From Ignicoccus islandicus DSM 13165 (GTDB lineage: Archaea; Thermoproteota; Thermoprotei_A; Sulfolobales; Ignicoccaceae), in assembly GCF_001481685.1 (NCBI RefSeq), contig NZ_CP006867.1, positions 1,260,001 through 1,292,000 of the forward strand: DNA of 32,000 nt, given 5' to 3'. The notes beneath the pieces are model-generated. The model did not search any database. It saw only the letters and a list, made by a program, of their open reading frames with translations, and was not told where the DNA came from. Below are positions 18,230 through 27,743 of the stretch, one piece after another. A program made the position numbers and the translations under genes. The first letter of the stretch is position 1; each line of letters opens with the position of its first letter.

Positions 18230-19972
18230 TCACACTACTATACCTTGGGCTTGTTCGGGGGTTAAGATTATGTTTTCAGGAGCAATTACCTTACCAGGAG
18301 CTATCATCGGAAGCACCATTATATCTGGATCTACTATATAGTCTATAACCAAGGCTTCGCCTTGAGCTACGCGCCTTATCGCTTTCCTCATTTCATCATA
18401 GCTTTCCGGCCTCACCCCATCTATTCCGAAGCTATTTGCTAGTTTGACGAAGTCAGGCAAGTAGGCTAAGTTTTCACCAACACGTCTCTTACCGAAGAAT
18501 AGATCTTGCCATTGCCTTATTAGTTGTAACGATCCATTATCGAATATGAGAACACCTACGTTGAGGTTATATTGTCTAACCGTAGCGAGGTTCTGTGAAG
18601 TCATTAAGAAGCTGCCATCACCGTCGATATCTAGAACAGGCTTATCTGGGGCTGCTGCTTTCGCACCAATAGCTGCTGGGAAGCCATATCCCATGGTACC
18701 TAATCCACCGCTGGTTAGGTAAGTACCGGGAACGTAGACGGGGTAGTGGAGCGCTGCCCACATTTGATGTCCTCCAACGCCTGTCGTGACGATTGCATCT
18801 TTGGGTAGTTCCTCTCTTACTATCTTAAGCACTTTCCAAGGCATCATTCCCTTTCCTCTTTCTTTTAATAGTATTTCCCATGCGTAGTCACCAAATTCCT
18901 TTGCCTTCTTGATTATAGGCACTTCCTCATCACGCCTGAAGTTCAGTATTTCTGTAATGTACCTTATTAGCTTCGTTAGTATCTCTTTGGCATCACCAAC
19001 TATACCCACGTCGGGATCGATGTTCTTGCCTATCTCACTTTTGTCTATATCGATATGGATTATTTTCTTACCTTTCTTAAACTCGGTAAAATTACCAACG
19101 GTTCTGTCGGAGAACCTTGTGCCTATAGCAATTACTACATCGGCGTTGTAAAGAGCGTAGTTTGCTTCTGGACGACCATGCATTCCCGCGTTACCAAGGA
19201 ATAGGGGGTGTTCGGCCGGAATCGCTGTTTTACCCATCAACGTGGTAACTATGGGTGCCATTAATATTTCGGCCAGCTTCAATACTTCTTGCGTTGCTCC
19301 GGACCACCAAACGCCTCCACCAACTAATATTACGGGATTCTCTGAATTGACAATGATTTTCGCTGCCTTCCCGATTAGGTCTACTGGCGCCGGTGGTGGT
19401 GATAGTTCGTATCCTGGGATCCATTCCTTTAATACTTCCTCTTCGCTCGGCCAATAGAAATCGATGTCTACCTTCCAGAAGTCTCGCGGAACGTCAACTA
19501 GCACGGGACCTGGTCTATTGGTTACAGATATTATCTTAGCCGCTCTTATTGCCCAAGTTACTTGGGAGGGATCTCTAACCAGTAGACTATGTTTAGTTAT
19601 AGGCATGGTCACTCCAACAACGTCAGTTTCTTGGAAAGCGTCTCTACCCATAACGCTCATTGGAACCTGACCGGTAATCGCGATCATGGGAGCGCTATCC
19701 ATATACGCTGTAGCTAGGCCCGTGACCAGATTGGTTGCACCTGGACCTGAAGTTGCAAAGGCTACGCCGGGGATCTTCCTCTTGACCCTGCCGTAAGCAT
19801 CGGCAGCGTGAGCAGCTCCTTGCTCGTGACGCATAAGTATCACGTTTACGTCGTGATCCGGTATTTTCTCGTAAAGACCAAGGTTAGCGCTTCCTGGTAT
19901 TCCGAAGACCGTTTTAAGTCCTTCTCTTTCTAGAGCCTCTAGGAGCGCATCAGCTACATGCATCTTCTCCAC
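18230..19972 (-). CDS. ilvB: Acetolactate synthase large subunit
   Basis: GIPGSANLGLYEKI, RHEQGAAHAADAYGR, TSGPGATNLVTGLATAYMDS PMIAITGQV, GDGSFLMTSQNLAT; ThPP enzyme. Confidence 0.93.
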   Translation of the reverse strand: MEKMHVADALLEALEREGLKTVFGIPGSANLGLYEKIPDHDVNVILMRHEQGAAHAADAYGRVKRKIPGVAFATSGPGATNLVTGLATAYMDSAPMIAITGQVPMSVMGRDAFQETDVVGVTMPITKHSLLVRDPSQVTWAIRAAKIISVTNRPGPVLVDVPRDFWKVDIDFYWPSEEEVLKEWIPGYELSPPPAPVDLIGKAAKIIVNSENPVILVGGGVWWSGATQEVLKLAEILMAPIVTTLMGKTAIPAEHPLFLGNAGMHGRPEANYALYNADVVIAIGTRFSDRTVGNFTEFKKGKKIIHIDIDKSEIGKNIDPDVGIVGDAKEILTKLIRYITEILNFRRDEEVPIIKKAKEFGDYAWEILLKERGKGMMPWKVLKIVREELPKDAIVTTGVGGHQMWAALHYPVYVPGTYLTSGGLGTMGYGFPAAIGAKAAAPDKPVLDIDGDGSFLMTSQNLATVRQYNLNVGVLIFDNGSLQLIRQWQDLFFGKRRVGENLAYLPDFVKLANSFGIDGVRPESYDEMRKAIRRVAQGEALVIDYIVDPDIMVLPMIAPGKVIAPENIILTPEQAQGIVV

Positions 19973-20143
19973 CTCCTTGGATACTAAAGGTAGTTGTTTC
20001 AGACCTCTTTCCGAAGTTGCGTTTTGACATCTGTAACATTCCTCTTCTAGTGATTATCTCAATTCCAAGGGCATCAACCCTCCTCGTCGATGGGGTTAGG
20101 CTACCATGTGGTTTAAATGTGTTAACAATTTCGACAACACATG

Positions 20144-20725
20144 CTAACTCTCTTTTAAGAATTCGACGAATTCTCGAATAGACTTTTTGAGGATAGTTAT
20201 TTCCTCCTCTTTACGAGGGGTATGGGACATTCCGTTTATTTCGACTAGCTTGCACTTCGGAATCTTTTTGCAGAACTGGATGCTTTGTTCTATTGGAACA
20301 ACCTTATCGTCTGTTCCATGAATTATTAATACCGGTTTTTCATACCGGAAATTCATAGGACTCAATCTAACCATTTCCTCTATTTTAACCAAACTCGCTA
20401 TTTCATCGTATATTTTCTTTAAGGAAGGCGTTCTTCTCATGTACTCCAGTTGAAATGAGAGATCTGTAGGAGGTGCAACGGCTATTGCCGGTTTAGATCT
20501 TTGAGCCGCTAGTATAAGGGATAACGCACCTCCCATACTATGACCTGAAAACGCATCTGCATCTAGGCCGAGCGTTTTGACGTATTCATAGGCTTTGACC
20601 AGAGGTTGGGGGAGTTTCGGTGCCGTTACGTCGATCTCGAGTTCTTCGAAGGCTTCAATTAACCACTTAATCCTCGAAGGCGATGAACCGTAGCCATGAA
20701 ACGTCAATACCTTTTCAATGCGCAT
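20144..20725 (-). CDS. Alpha/beta hydrolase
   Basis: FHGYGSSP, nucleophile elbow GHSMGG, HGTDDKVVP, catalytic His MSHTP. Confidence 0.88.
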   Translation of the reverse strand: MRIEKVLTFHGYGSSPSRIKWLIEAFEELEIDVTAPKLPQPLVKAYEYVKTLGLDADAFSGHSMGGALSLILAAQRSKPAIAVAPPTDLSFQLEYMRRTPSLKKIYDEIASLVKIEEMVRLSPMNFRYEKPVLIIHGTDDKVVPIEQSIQFCKKIPKCKLVEINGMSHTPRKEEEITILKKSIREFVEFLKES

Positions 20726-20836
20726 CCGCAGAACGCCTCAGTCTCGCAAGAATTTCGAAAGATATTAATAGTTACTATACGCGCTAAAAGATACGTTTTA
20801 ATAAAATCCCGTTAGTAGCCGCTTCGGTGGAACTTC

Positions 20837-21511
20837 GTGGCATTAGAATTTAAAATAGTTGTAAATGATCCGAAAGCTGAGCCCCACCCCAGGGGACATA
20901 AGGTTCACGTAAAGGGCGTAGACGAAATTCCCTTCTCGAAAGAGGAAGAAATTGATCAAGGTACGCGCCTCCCGGTAGCTAAGGCAAATCCCAAGCTACT
21001 GGAGGCGCTTAATGCCGAATACTCGATAGTAACGGTTAGGCTCCTAAAGAAGGAAGGTGACGAAAAGAAGAAAATTACAGCTCACTTCGTAGTCGAAGCC
21101 GACGAAAACGTACCCGAGAACGAGATTTGGGCCAACACCGAGTTCCTATCCACAAGGTTCGGCGAAAACGAGTTCGATGGTGAGGCATTCAGAACGAAAG
21201 CGTTCCAAATTACGTTAAAGGGCGAACAAGCTAGGCAATTCGTTGGAAAGAAATACAAAGACTTAGTACCAGCATCCGTCCTTGGAATAAAGACTCTGAA
21301 GGGGAAGTTCTTGGAAATCAGGGGTGGAAGTGACGAAAGCGGATTTCCAATGAGACCCGACATACCTGGACCAGTAAAGAAGAGAGTCCTATTATCCGGA
21401 CCTCCGGGATTCCATCCAAGAGAACACGGTGAAAGGAGGAGGAAAACTGTAAGGGGTAATACAATAACTGAGGACTACGTCCAAATAAACACCAAAATAG
21501 TTGAAGGTTAA
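20837..21511 (+). CDS. Ribosomal protein S6e, long crenarchaeal form
   Basis: RGGSDESGFPMRPDIPGPVKKRVLLSGPPGFHP...GERRRKTVRGNTITEDYVQINTKIV. Confidence 0.95.
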   Translation: MALEFKIVVNDPKAEPHPRGHKVHVKGVDEIPFSKEEEIDQGTRLPVAKANPKLLEALNAEYSIVTVRLLKKEGDEKKKITAHFVVEADENVPENEIWANTEFLSTRFGENEFDGEAFRTKAFQITLKGEQARQFVGKKYKDLVPASVLGIKTLKGKFLEIRGGSDESGFPMRPDIPGPVKKRVLLSGPPGFHPREHGERRRKTVRGNTITEDYVQINTKIVEG

Positions 21512-21532
21512 TTACATTAGATAATCATTTTT

Positions 21533-23521
21533 ATGCGCTCGAGCACCGTTCCTTGGTACTACATTGTGCAAAGAAAATGCTATTGGAGGCGATTAGTGCT
21601 TATTAGGGAGGAAAATCCTGACGAGATTAACAGTACGCTTGCGAGACTTAAAGGTAAGGTACTTTTGGTCTCTGAACGTTCACTAGGTTATCCTTGGAGA
21701 AGGCTTAGGCCAGGGAATTACAGAAAAATATTGGGGACCGAATGGGATCACGTAGTAATTGATCTAAATTACCCAATCCCAGCAAATGCTTTCCCTGCAA
21801 CACTAGAGACTGTAAAGGCTGGTGGAAAGGGGATACTAATACTTCCTCAAGAGAGACTTGAAAACATCTATCGAAAGAGAGGTGGAACGGGACTGTTTGG
21901 AAGGTATTTAGAGAAGACCTTTGAGCTTTACGACGAATCTGGTCAATGTCCTCCGTGGAAACCTCCCAATGGTCTCACTAAAGAGCAAAGAATAGCCTTA
22001 CGGAGACTAGATGGCTTCATTATAGGCAGAGGGAAGGTTTTCGCAATAATCGGAGACAGAGGAAGGGGTAAGAGTGCGCTACTTGGTGCTATGGCGGCGA
22101 AACTGGTTACTATACATGGAATCAAGCGAATAGAGGTAACGTCCGTAACTCCTCAAATGAGCAGTTTCTTGAAAATGCTCAATACTATCTTGAGCGAACA
22201 AAAAGTGCCCTTTAGGCTAGAAAGGGATGGTGATAAATGGAAAGTTATTGGGAAGGAATGGAGAATAGAATGGATTGAACCTTCTAAAGCAGGAGGGAAA
22301 ACAGGGTTAGTTATAGTTGACGAAGCCGCAGCGGTAGGAGTTGCTAGATTAAAGAGAATAATAGAAAGGAGCTGGAAAACTATCTTGGCTACAACAATTC
22401 ACGGATATGAAGGTTCTGGTAGGTACTTGGTTAATAAGTTATTGAACTCAATAGACGCATCGAATGTAATAGAGCTCAAGGACCCCGTTAGGTATCCCCC
22501 CAATGACCCAATAGAAAGGTGGTTGTACAAAGCGTTCCACTTAAGGATCGAATTAAACGAAGACGTAACACCCATAGCTCCAAAGAAGGTCGATAAGGTG
22601 TCTTTAAGTGATCCAACAGCGTTTGGGAGGATTGCTGGTTTACTTGCTATTTCCCATTATAGATGGGAACCCTCTGACATAGAAACGATATTGGAGCATC
22701 CTAAGTCTAGTATCTTCGTCTATGATGGAGACACGTTTCCTATAGGCGTCGCAATCACAATAGATGAGGAGGTGGTAGAAGATCCTTGGAGTGAGAGCAA
22801 AGGTAACGTACTAACTCGAATCTTGAATAGAGTTAGGAGGGTTGAGGCTAGAAGGATAATGAGGATAGCAGTCCTACCCCCCTTACAGCGAAGGGGGTAT
22901 GGCTCGAAGCTCCTTCAATTCATTGAAGATGACACAAAGGATAAGGTTATAGGAGCCGTATTTTCTAACCACGAGGTTCTCGATTTTTGGCTGAAAAATG
23001 GTTACAAGGTAGTGTATATTTCACCAAAGTATAACAAGATAACCGGTGAAAAGAATATAGCTGTTGCGAAAGGTAACGGCGTTGAGGAAATTGCGAACGA
23101 TTTCGCTAGAACTATACTTACAATCGCTCACATATCCTATAGGGACGTAGATACTATTACGCTAACCAAGGCTCTCGAAAGCTGTGTTGGTAGAGGATTA
23201 AACGTTGAAATAGATCGCAATTACTTAGAGTTGTTCCTGGAAAATAAAATAGAGCCAGAACTAGCCTCTAGAGCCCTCTACCCTTGCCTCTTGAAGTATC
23301 CAAAATTAATTAGAGAGCTGGCTCTCCCTTCTCTTTGCGTTGGGTTTCTCCTTCAGGGAAGGAGTCTTTGGGACTTAGCAGTTACTCATTTCCTCGATAT
23401 AGATGAGGTCAGATCGAAGTTGAACGAAAACCTAAGAGCCTTGGCATCGTTATGCCTAATGAAGGAACTTGAAGGCGCTGGCAGTGAAAGTGAGCAAGAG
23501 CTTAGCCAACGAGGTTCTTAA
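21533..23521 (+). CDS. tmcA: tRNA(Met) cytidine acetyltransferase TmcA
   Basis: GDRGRGKSALLG Walker A, LVIVDEAAAVG, GYEGSGRYLVNKLL, GNAT motif RIAVLPPLQRRGYGSKLL. Confidence 0.95.
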   Translation: MRSSTVPWYYIVQRKCYWRRLVLIREENPDEINSTLARLKGKVLLVSERSLGYPWRRLRPGNYRKILGTEWDHVVIDLNYPIPANAFPATLETVKAGGKGILILPQERLENIYRKRGGTGLFGRYLEKTFELYDESGQCPPWKPPNGLTKEQRIALRRLDGFIIGRGKVFAIIGDRGRGKSALLGAMAAKLVTIHGIKRIEVTSVTPQMSSFLKMLNTILSEQKVPFRLERDGDKWKVIGKEWRIEWIEPSKAGGKTGLVIVDEAAAVGVARLKRIIERSWKTILATTIHGYEGSGRYLVNKLLNSIDASNVIELKDPVRYPPNDPIERWLYKAFHLRIELNEDVTPIAPKKVDKVSLSDPTAFGRIAGLLAISHYRWEPSDIETILEHPKSSIFVYDGDTFPIGVAITIDEEVVEDPWSESKGNVLTRILNRVRRVEARRIMRIAVLPPLQRRGYGSKLLQFIEDDTKDKVIGAVFSNHEVLDFWLKNGYKVVYISPKYNKITGEKNIAVAKGNGVEEIANDFARTILTIAHISYRDVDTITLTKALESCVGRGLNVEIDRNYLELFLENKIEPELASRALYPCLLKYPKLIRELALPSLCVGFLLQGRSLWDLAVTHFLDIDEVRSKLNENLRALASLCLMKELEGAGSESEQELSQRGS

Positions 23522-24428
23522 GAACTTACGGAAGATAGGTATTGTTGACAACTCATTAAAACCTAAAGTCGAAGGAGATTACGTCCTAATACCAATAAAG
23601 AAGTCAATAGATGCGTATGAATTGGTCTACGAGGATTTCGAACCAAGAAAGAGAAACTTGAGTTTGAAGGAATGCATATCAAGGAAGTTAGGGGAAGGTA
23701 ATTGGCCTAGATCCTTCAATCAAATCGGCGATATCGCTGTAATCTCATTGAAAGATAACATTAACGATCAACTGAAGGAGGTAATAGTTGAATGTTTGAT
23801 GTCAAATAGTAAGGTAAAAGCCGTCTGGGGTAAGGTAGAAACTTCTGGAGAGGAACGCGTAGCCAAGTTAGTTCACCTAGGCGGCGAAAGAATAACGGAA
23901 ACAATATACAAGGAGAACGGTCTATCATTCAAGGTCGATATTTCAAAAGTATACGTAAACCCTTCGCTTGCTACCGAGCATTACTTAGTAAGCGAATTGG
24001 TGAGAGATGGCGAAAGGGTCTTGGACTTATTCGCAGGGATAGGCTTCTTTTCGTTCAATATAGCGAAGAGAAAGGAATGTAAATGTCTTGCCGTGGACAT
24101 GAACCCATATGCAATCAAATACGCAATTGAGAGTTTGTTTATGAACAAATTGAAAGGTAACGTGAGTTTTCTGCTCAGTAAGGCCGAAGACTTACTGGAA
24201 GTTACAGCGCGAAAACAATTCGATGTAACTATAATGAACTTACCGCATAAATCTCACGAATACGTTGATCGAGTGGTAGAGGTTACCCGGCGACTTGTAA
24301 TAGCTTACTCGGTAGGGTCTCGGGAAGAAGTAATCGGAAGGTTTAGAAGACACGAAATCATTAACCTCAGGAAAGTTCTGGATTACGCACCATATAAGTA
24401 TATTTGGAGAGTGGAATTGAAGCCTTAA
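23469..24428 (+). CDS. Trm5/TYW2-family tRNA methyltransferase
   Basis: SAM motif VLDLFAGIGFFSFNIAK, VDMNPYAIKYAIES, IMNLPHKSHEYVD; TTG start overlapping tmcA by 53 bp. Confidence 0.9.
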   Translation: MKALAVKVSKSLANEVLKNLRKIGIVDNSLKPKVEGDYVLIPIKKSIDAYELVYEDFEPRKRNLSLKECISRKLGEGNWPRSFNQIGDIAVISLKDNINDQLKEVIVECLMSNSKVKAVWGKVETSGEERVAKLVHLGGERITETIYKENGLSFKVDISKVYVNPSLATEHYLVSELVRDGERVLDLFAGIGFFSFNIAKRKECKCLAVDMNPYAIKYAIESLFMNKLKGNVSFLLSKAEDLLEVTARKQFDVTIMNLPHKSHEYVDRVVEVTRRLVIAYSVGSREEVIGRFRRHEIINLRKVLDYAPYKYIWRVELKP

Positions 24429-25498
24429 TCTAGCGGCGTCTGCCCCGTCTCTAGCATGCTCCTTATAACATTGGTGCTGTCCTTAAACTTCTTGGCCCGT
24501 ACAACGATAAGCCCGTCCTCAATCCATTCGTCCTCTATCTTTACGTTTATTCCTAATTCGCGAGTGTATTCCAAGTACCACTCGAGGTCAGAGCGTTCCG
24601 GGAATCGCAATACGAACCTCTCATACAACGCTTCGCCATTAGCTACCTTCCGTATGCTCTCTACGGACGGACCAAGTATTGCCTTACCTAACCATTCATA
24701 CCTGCTCTTTAAAGACTCGTTATCGAGTTCCTCTTCAAATACTTTGAACATTTCACGTACTATTCGAGGAAATAGATAGTCTCTACCTTCATCGAATGGA
24801 TATCGCATTCCAAGTTCAATGTCACCTATGTTAGTATAGCTGCCAGTATACTTCGCGGGAGGTCTCTTATATTGAGGGTCTTTCAGGACTACGCCTTCTC
24901 TTCCTTCTTCATCGAACTTATCGATGATTTCCTTTACTTTGTATGGAGCCTCTTCAGCATTGAAAACTCCCATTAGACGTACTGATTTGAGAGAGTATCT
25001 CTCAAGGAACTCATATTTATCCTTCGTCCCCATTCTCTTATACTTCCCGTCCTCCTTTACAAAGACGTCGAAGATGAAGTAATCGAAATAGGGGGCCTCT
25101 GGGTACTTGACCCTAACATATGGATTCTCGGTTCCAACTACTTCTCCTGCAATGAAGCTTCCCTTAGGTAGTTCCGATAGCGCTTCCTTTATACTATCTC
25201 CATAGAGCAACTTGAGACGGGAATTAGTATAGGGACACAAGTACCCGCCACGCGTAACGAAGACCACGTCATTACCTACTTTTACGGCTCTTACGTTGTA
25301 ACCATTCATTTTCTCTTCAACTGATACTCCTTCGGGAAAATGTTTCCTTATCTTGCTTAGTAAGACCAGCCTCTTAATTGATGGATAACCGGGTAAGATA
25401 ACGCTCTCCTTGTCCAACTTATTGTATATAATAACGCCTCCCTTACCCACTTCACCTGATCTCTTCAATGGTAAATAGACGAAGTGTTTGTATTTCAC
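24425..25498 (-). CDS. ATP-dependent RNA ligase, archaeal Rnl3-like family
   Basis: Motif I EEKMNGYNVR, TRGGYLCPYTNSRL, GEVVG motif III, YFDYFIFDVF, EGREGVVLKDP motif IV, RYPFDEGRDYLFPRIVREMFK. Confidence 0.92.
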   Translation of the reverse strand: MKYKHFVYLPLKRSGEVGKGGVIIYNKLDKESVILPGYPSIKRLVLLSKIRKHFPEGVSVEEKMNGYNVRAVKVGNDVVFVTRGGYLCPYTNSRLKLLYGDSIKEALSELPKGSFIAGEVVGTENPYVRVKYPEAPYFDYFIFDVFVKEDGKYKRMGTKDKYEFLERYSLKSVRLMGVFNAEEAPYKVKEIIDKFDEEGREGVVLKDPQYKRPPAKYTGSYTNIGDIELGMRYPFDEGRDYLFPRIVREMFKVFEEELDNESLKSRYEWLGKAILGPSVESIRKVANGEALYERFVLRFPERSDLEWYLEYTRELGINVKIEDEWIEDGLIVVRAKKFKDSTNVIRSMLETGQTPLD

Positions 25499-25621
25499 GC
25501 TAGCGATACCCGTACGTAATGCACTAGGATATTGTTTATACGATTAAATCGCTTCAATTAGCATCCTTCGGTGCGTGTATTCAATACTTAAAAACACATA
25601 CTCAAGCTATCAATCAACGGG

Positions 25622-25724
25622 GCCGCCGTAGCTCAGCAGGCAGAGCGCCGGCCTCGTAACTTTTCGGATCTATCTTGCGCGGGAGAGCCGGTGGTCGCGG
25701 GTTCAAGTCCCGCCGGCGGCTCCA
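25622..25724 (+). tRNA. tRNA-Thr (anticodon CGT) with intron 25659-25685, 3' CCA encoded
   Basis: Acceptor GCCGCCG/CGGCGGC, D arm GCTC..GAGC, anticodon stem CCGGC/GCCGG, spliced loop CTCGTAA, T arm GCGGG TTCAAGT CCCGC, T73 then CCA; 3-nt bulge / 4-bp CTCG:CGGG helix / 3-nt bulge at splice sites. Confidence 0.95.
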
Positions 25725-25877
25725 CTTTCACCTCCAAGACATTTCTCTAGGACCCAAAAACCACTCATAAGATCAAATAGGTAGAGTGACGATCTACTCT
25801 TTGTTTACTTTATAGAGATATATGAGTTAGCCTTATAATTAACCCAAAGAGAGGTTAGACCGAAACTATTTAACTTT

Positions 25878-25896
25878 CATTATGTCACGCATAATG
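25878..25896. repeat. Perfect 7-bp inverted repeat, possible operator
   Basis: CATTATG-TCACG-CATAATG, 11 bp before the 25907 start codon. Confidence 0.6.
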
Positions 25897-25906
25897 GTTC
25901 AGCAGT

Positions 25907-26944
25907 TTGGCGGACGAACTCTCAGAGAGGGAGCTGAGAGCGCTAGAAAACATGATACTTGCATTAAAAGTGAAAGACTATGAAACGTTCAAGGAGATCC
26001 TTAATACAGAGTTTGAAAGCGAATCCAAGAAGCTCGAGGTAATATCCTACCTTAGAGAACTCGGTTTCGAAATCCCTCAACTTACTGAACCCAAAAGGAT
26101 CCGCGAAAGAACTAAGAAGATCAACTCATTCAACTATAGAGATATGAAGGGAATTAGAGTTTCGAGAATATCCACTCCATTGAATCTATCGAAACCGGAT
26201 AACTTAGGTAAGCTAGATCTACGGAGCTTCTCATCGGAATCGATAATAGGAGATGAAGGGAGGGAAGTACTTAAGAAAGACTACGATCTGATATTCGGTA
26301 ACATTACTAAGTACGTATACGAGAGCATTAGGAACGCTGAGAGAGAAATTTTGATTGCTTCTCCTACGCTCCATCCTAAATTGATCGATGTTATTAAGAA
26401 GAAGGGAAGAGATGGTGTTGAAGTAAAAGTAGTTCTAGAAAGTAGTAGCTGTAAGGCTCAAGAGAACCTAGGTAAACTTAGGGGAACGTGTAAGATTAAG
26501 AAAATCGCCTCAATGGCTCTCAAATTACTTTTGCTACTCTATAATATGAAGGGAGCCAGTTACTCTTCTATTATACCGTTTCTTCTTGGAACATTAATAG
26601 GATTGTCCGGTGAGGCTACGGCGCTATTAGTACTTACGTCACTCATGTCAATGAACTATTCCTCAATATATTACGCAGGACTCGGTAGTGCGACTCTCGC
26701 CGCGCTCTCCCTTTCATTACTTCAAGATGCAACTAAAGTGCTTCCTCAAAGGAAGGGCTCGGTGAAGGTTAAAGTTCATGAAAGAATACCTGTTTCTATG
26801 GCCATAATAGATCATTCTAAGGCTTTCGTTTCCGACGTGCCTTTCGCTCACGGGAGAGACGCTTTCGCGAAGTTCTACCGCTACTCCGTGGGCGAACCCT
26901 TGAGGGAGTTCTACTTGATTTGGGAACTTGCTTCTGAGTTATGA
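25907..26944 (+). CDS. PLD-like domain protein with internal transmembrane segments
   Basis: YVYESIRNAEREILIASPTLHPKLIDVIKKKGRDGVEVKVVLE and VKVHERIPVSMAIIDHSKAFVSDVPF flank a ~75-aa hydrophobic block. Confidence 0.6.
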   Translation: MADELSERELRALENMILALKVKDYETFKEILNTEFESESKKLEVISYLRELGFEIPQLTEPKRIRERTKKINSFNYRDMKGIRVSRISTPLNLSKPDNLGKLDLRSFSSESIIGDEGREVLKKDYDLIFGNITKYVYESIRNAEREILIASPTLHPKLIDVIKKKGRDGVEVKVVLESSSCKAQENLGKLRGTCKIKKIASMALKLLLLLYNMKGASYSSIIPFLLGTLIGLSGEATALLVLTSLMSMNYSSIYYAGLGSATLAALSLSLLQDATKVLPQRKGSVKVKVHERIPVSMAIIDHSKAFVSDVPFAHGRDAFAKFYRYSVGEPLREFYLIWELASEL

Positions 26945-27137
26945 CGTAACCCTTTACAATGCCGGGTCTAACCTCATATGATAAGATATATAGCTTTCCT
27001 CTAAGCTTCCATAGAACGTTCCTCCAACACCTTTCCACTTCCAAGGGTTCCCCGGAAATCTCGAACTCCTCGCCTCGTATGCTAGCTGGCAAGTCCTCAC
27101 AAGAAATTTCTATACCATTTAACTTCAGGATATTCGA

Positions 27138-27737
27138 TCACCTCTCGAACCCTTCTATAAAGGATTCTAATAGTCTTCTACACCTCTCACAGTACTCCTC
27201 TCCCTTTGCGTCAACTTCATTAATGCTGTTTGAAAAGGCCATAACACAGCGTGGGTTGGGACAGTGCTCTAGTCCGTAAAGGTGACCTAATTCGTGCAAT
27301 ACTTCTTTTCTTAATCTAGAAATAAGTGCGTTATAATCCGGAGGTAACCCATAGGTCTCGTTTCTTAAACGTGGTAAGAACACAGCTCCAGATCCAATTG
27401 ATGGCAAAGCTATTCCGAACACGAAATTTAGTGGTGGTTCGTAGGCATCGGCGTTTACAACGAAAATAGCTTTCTCGTAGGGTTTCAATTTAATTCCTAG
27501 TTTGGAAACTAACCCGAATACGAGGGCCGAGGCCACGTACTGCATTCTCTCCCAATCGAACGTACTTATGGGTGGTTGAAGCTTTTGCGGATAGATTAAT
27601 ACTTCTACATCGAAGGGTAAGTTTTCCTTTATTGCCAAAGCAGCGTTATCTAATAAGTCGCTCGAAACGTCGCCTACCCTAAAAATGTACACTCTCTGTT
27701 TCGTCATTCTATTTACTACCTCCGCGTGTTCTAACAC
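27138..27737 (-). CDS. amzA: Archaemetzincin (zinc metalloprotease)
   Basis: HELGHLYGLEHCPNPRCVMAFSNSINEVDAKGEEYCERC matches the archaemetzincin signature; true start may be the internal MTKQRVYIF. Confidence 0.95.
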   Translation of the reverse strand: MLEHAEVVNRMTKQRVYIFRVGDVSSDLLDNAALAIKENLPFDVEVLIYPQKLQPPISTFDWERMQYVASALVFGLVSKLGIKLKPYEKAIFVVNADAYEPPLNFVFGIALPSIGSGAVFLPRLRNETYGLPPDYNALISRLRKEVLHELGHLYGLEHCPNPRCVMAFSNSINEVDAKGEEYCERCRRLLESFIEGFER

Positions 27738-27743
27738 CGCTCG

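Noticed and set aside
20117-20142. ATGTGTT...AACACAT inverted repeat downstream of the alpha/beta hydrolase
   Set aside because: 12-nt loop and no clear U tract; could be a weak 3' hairpin but archaeal terminators are not usually of this type.
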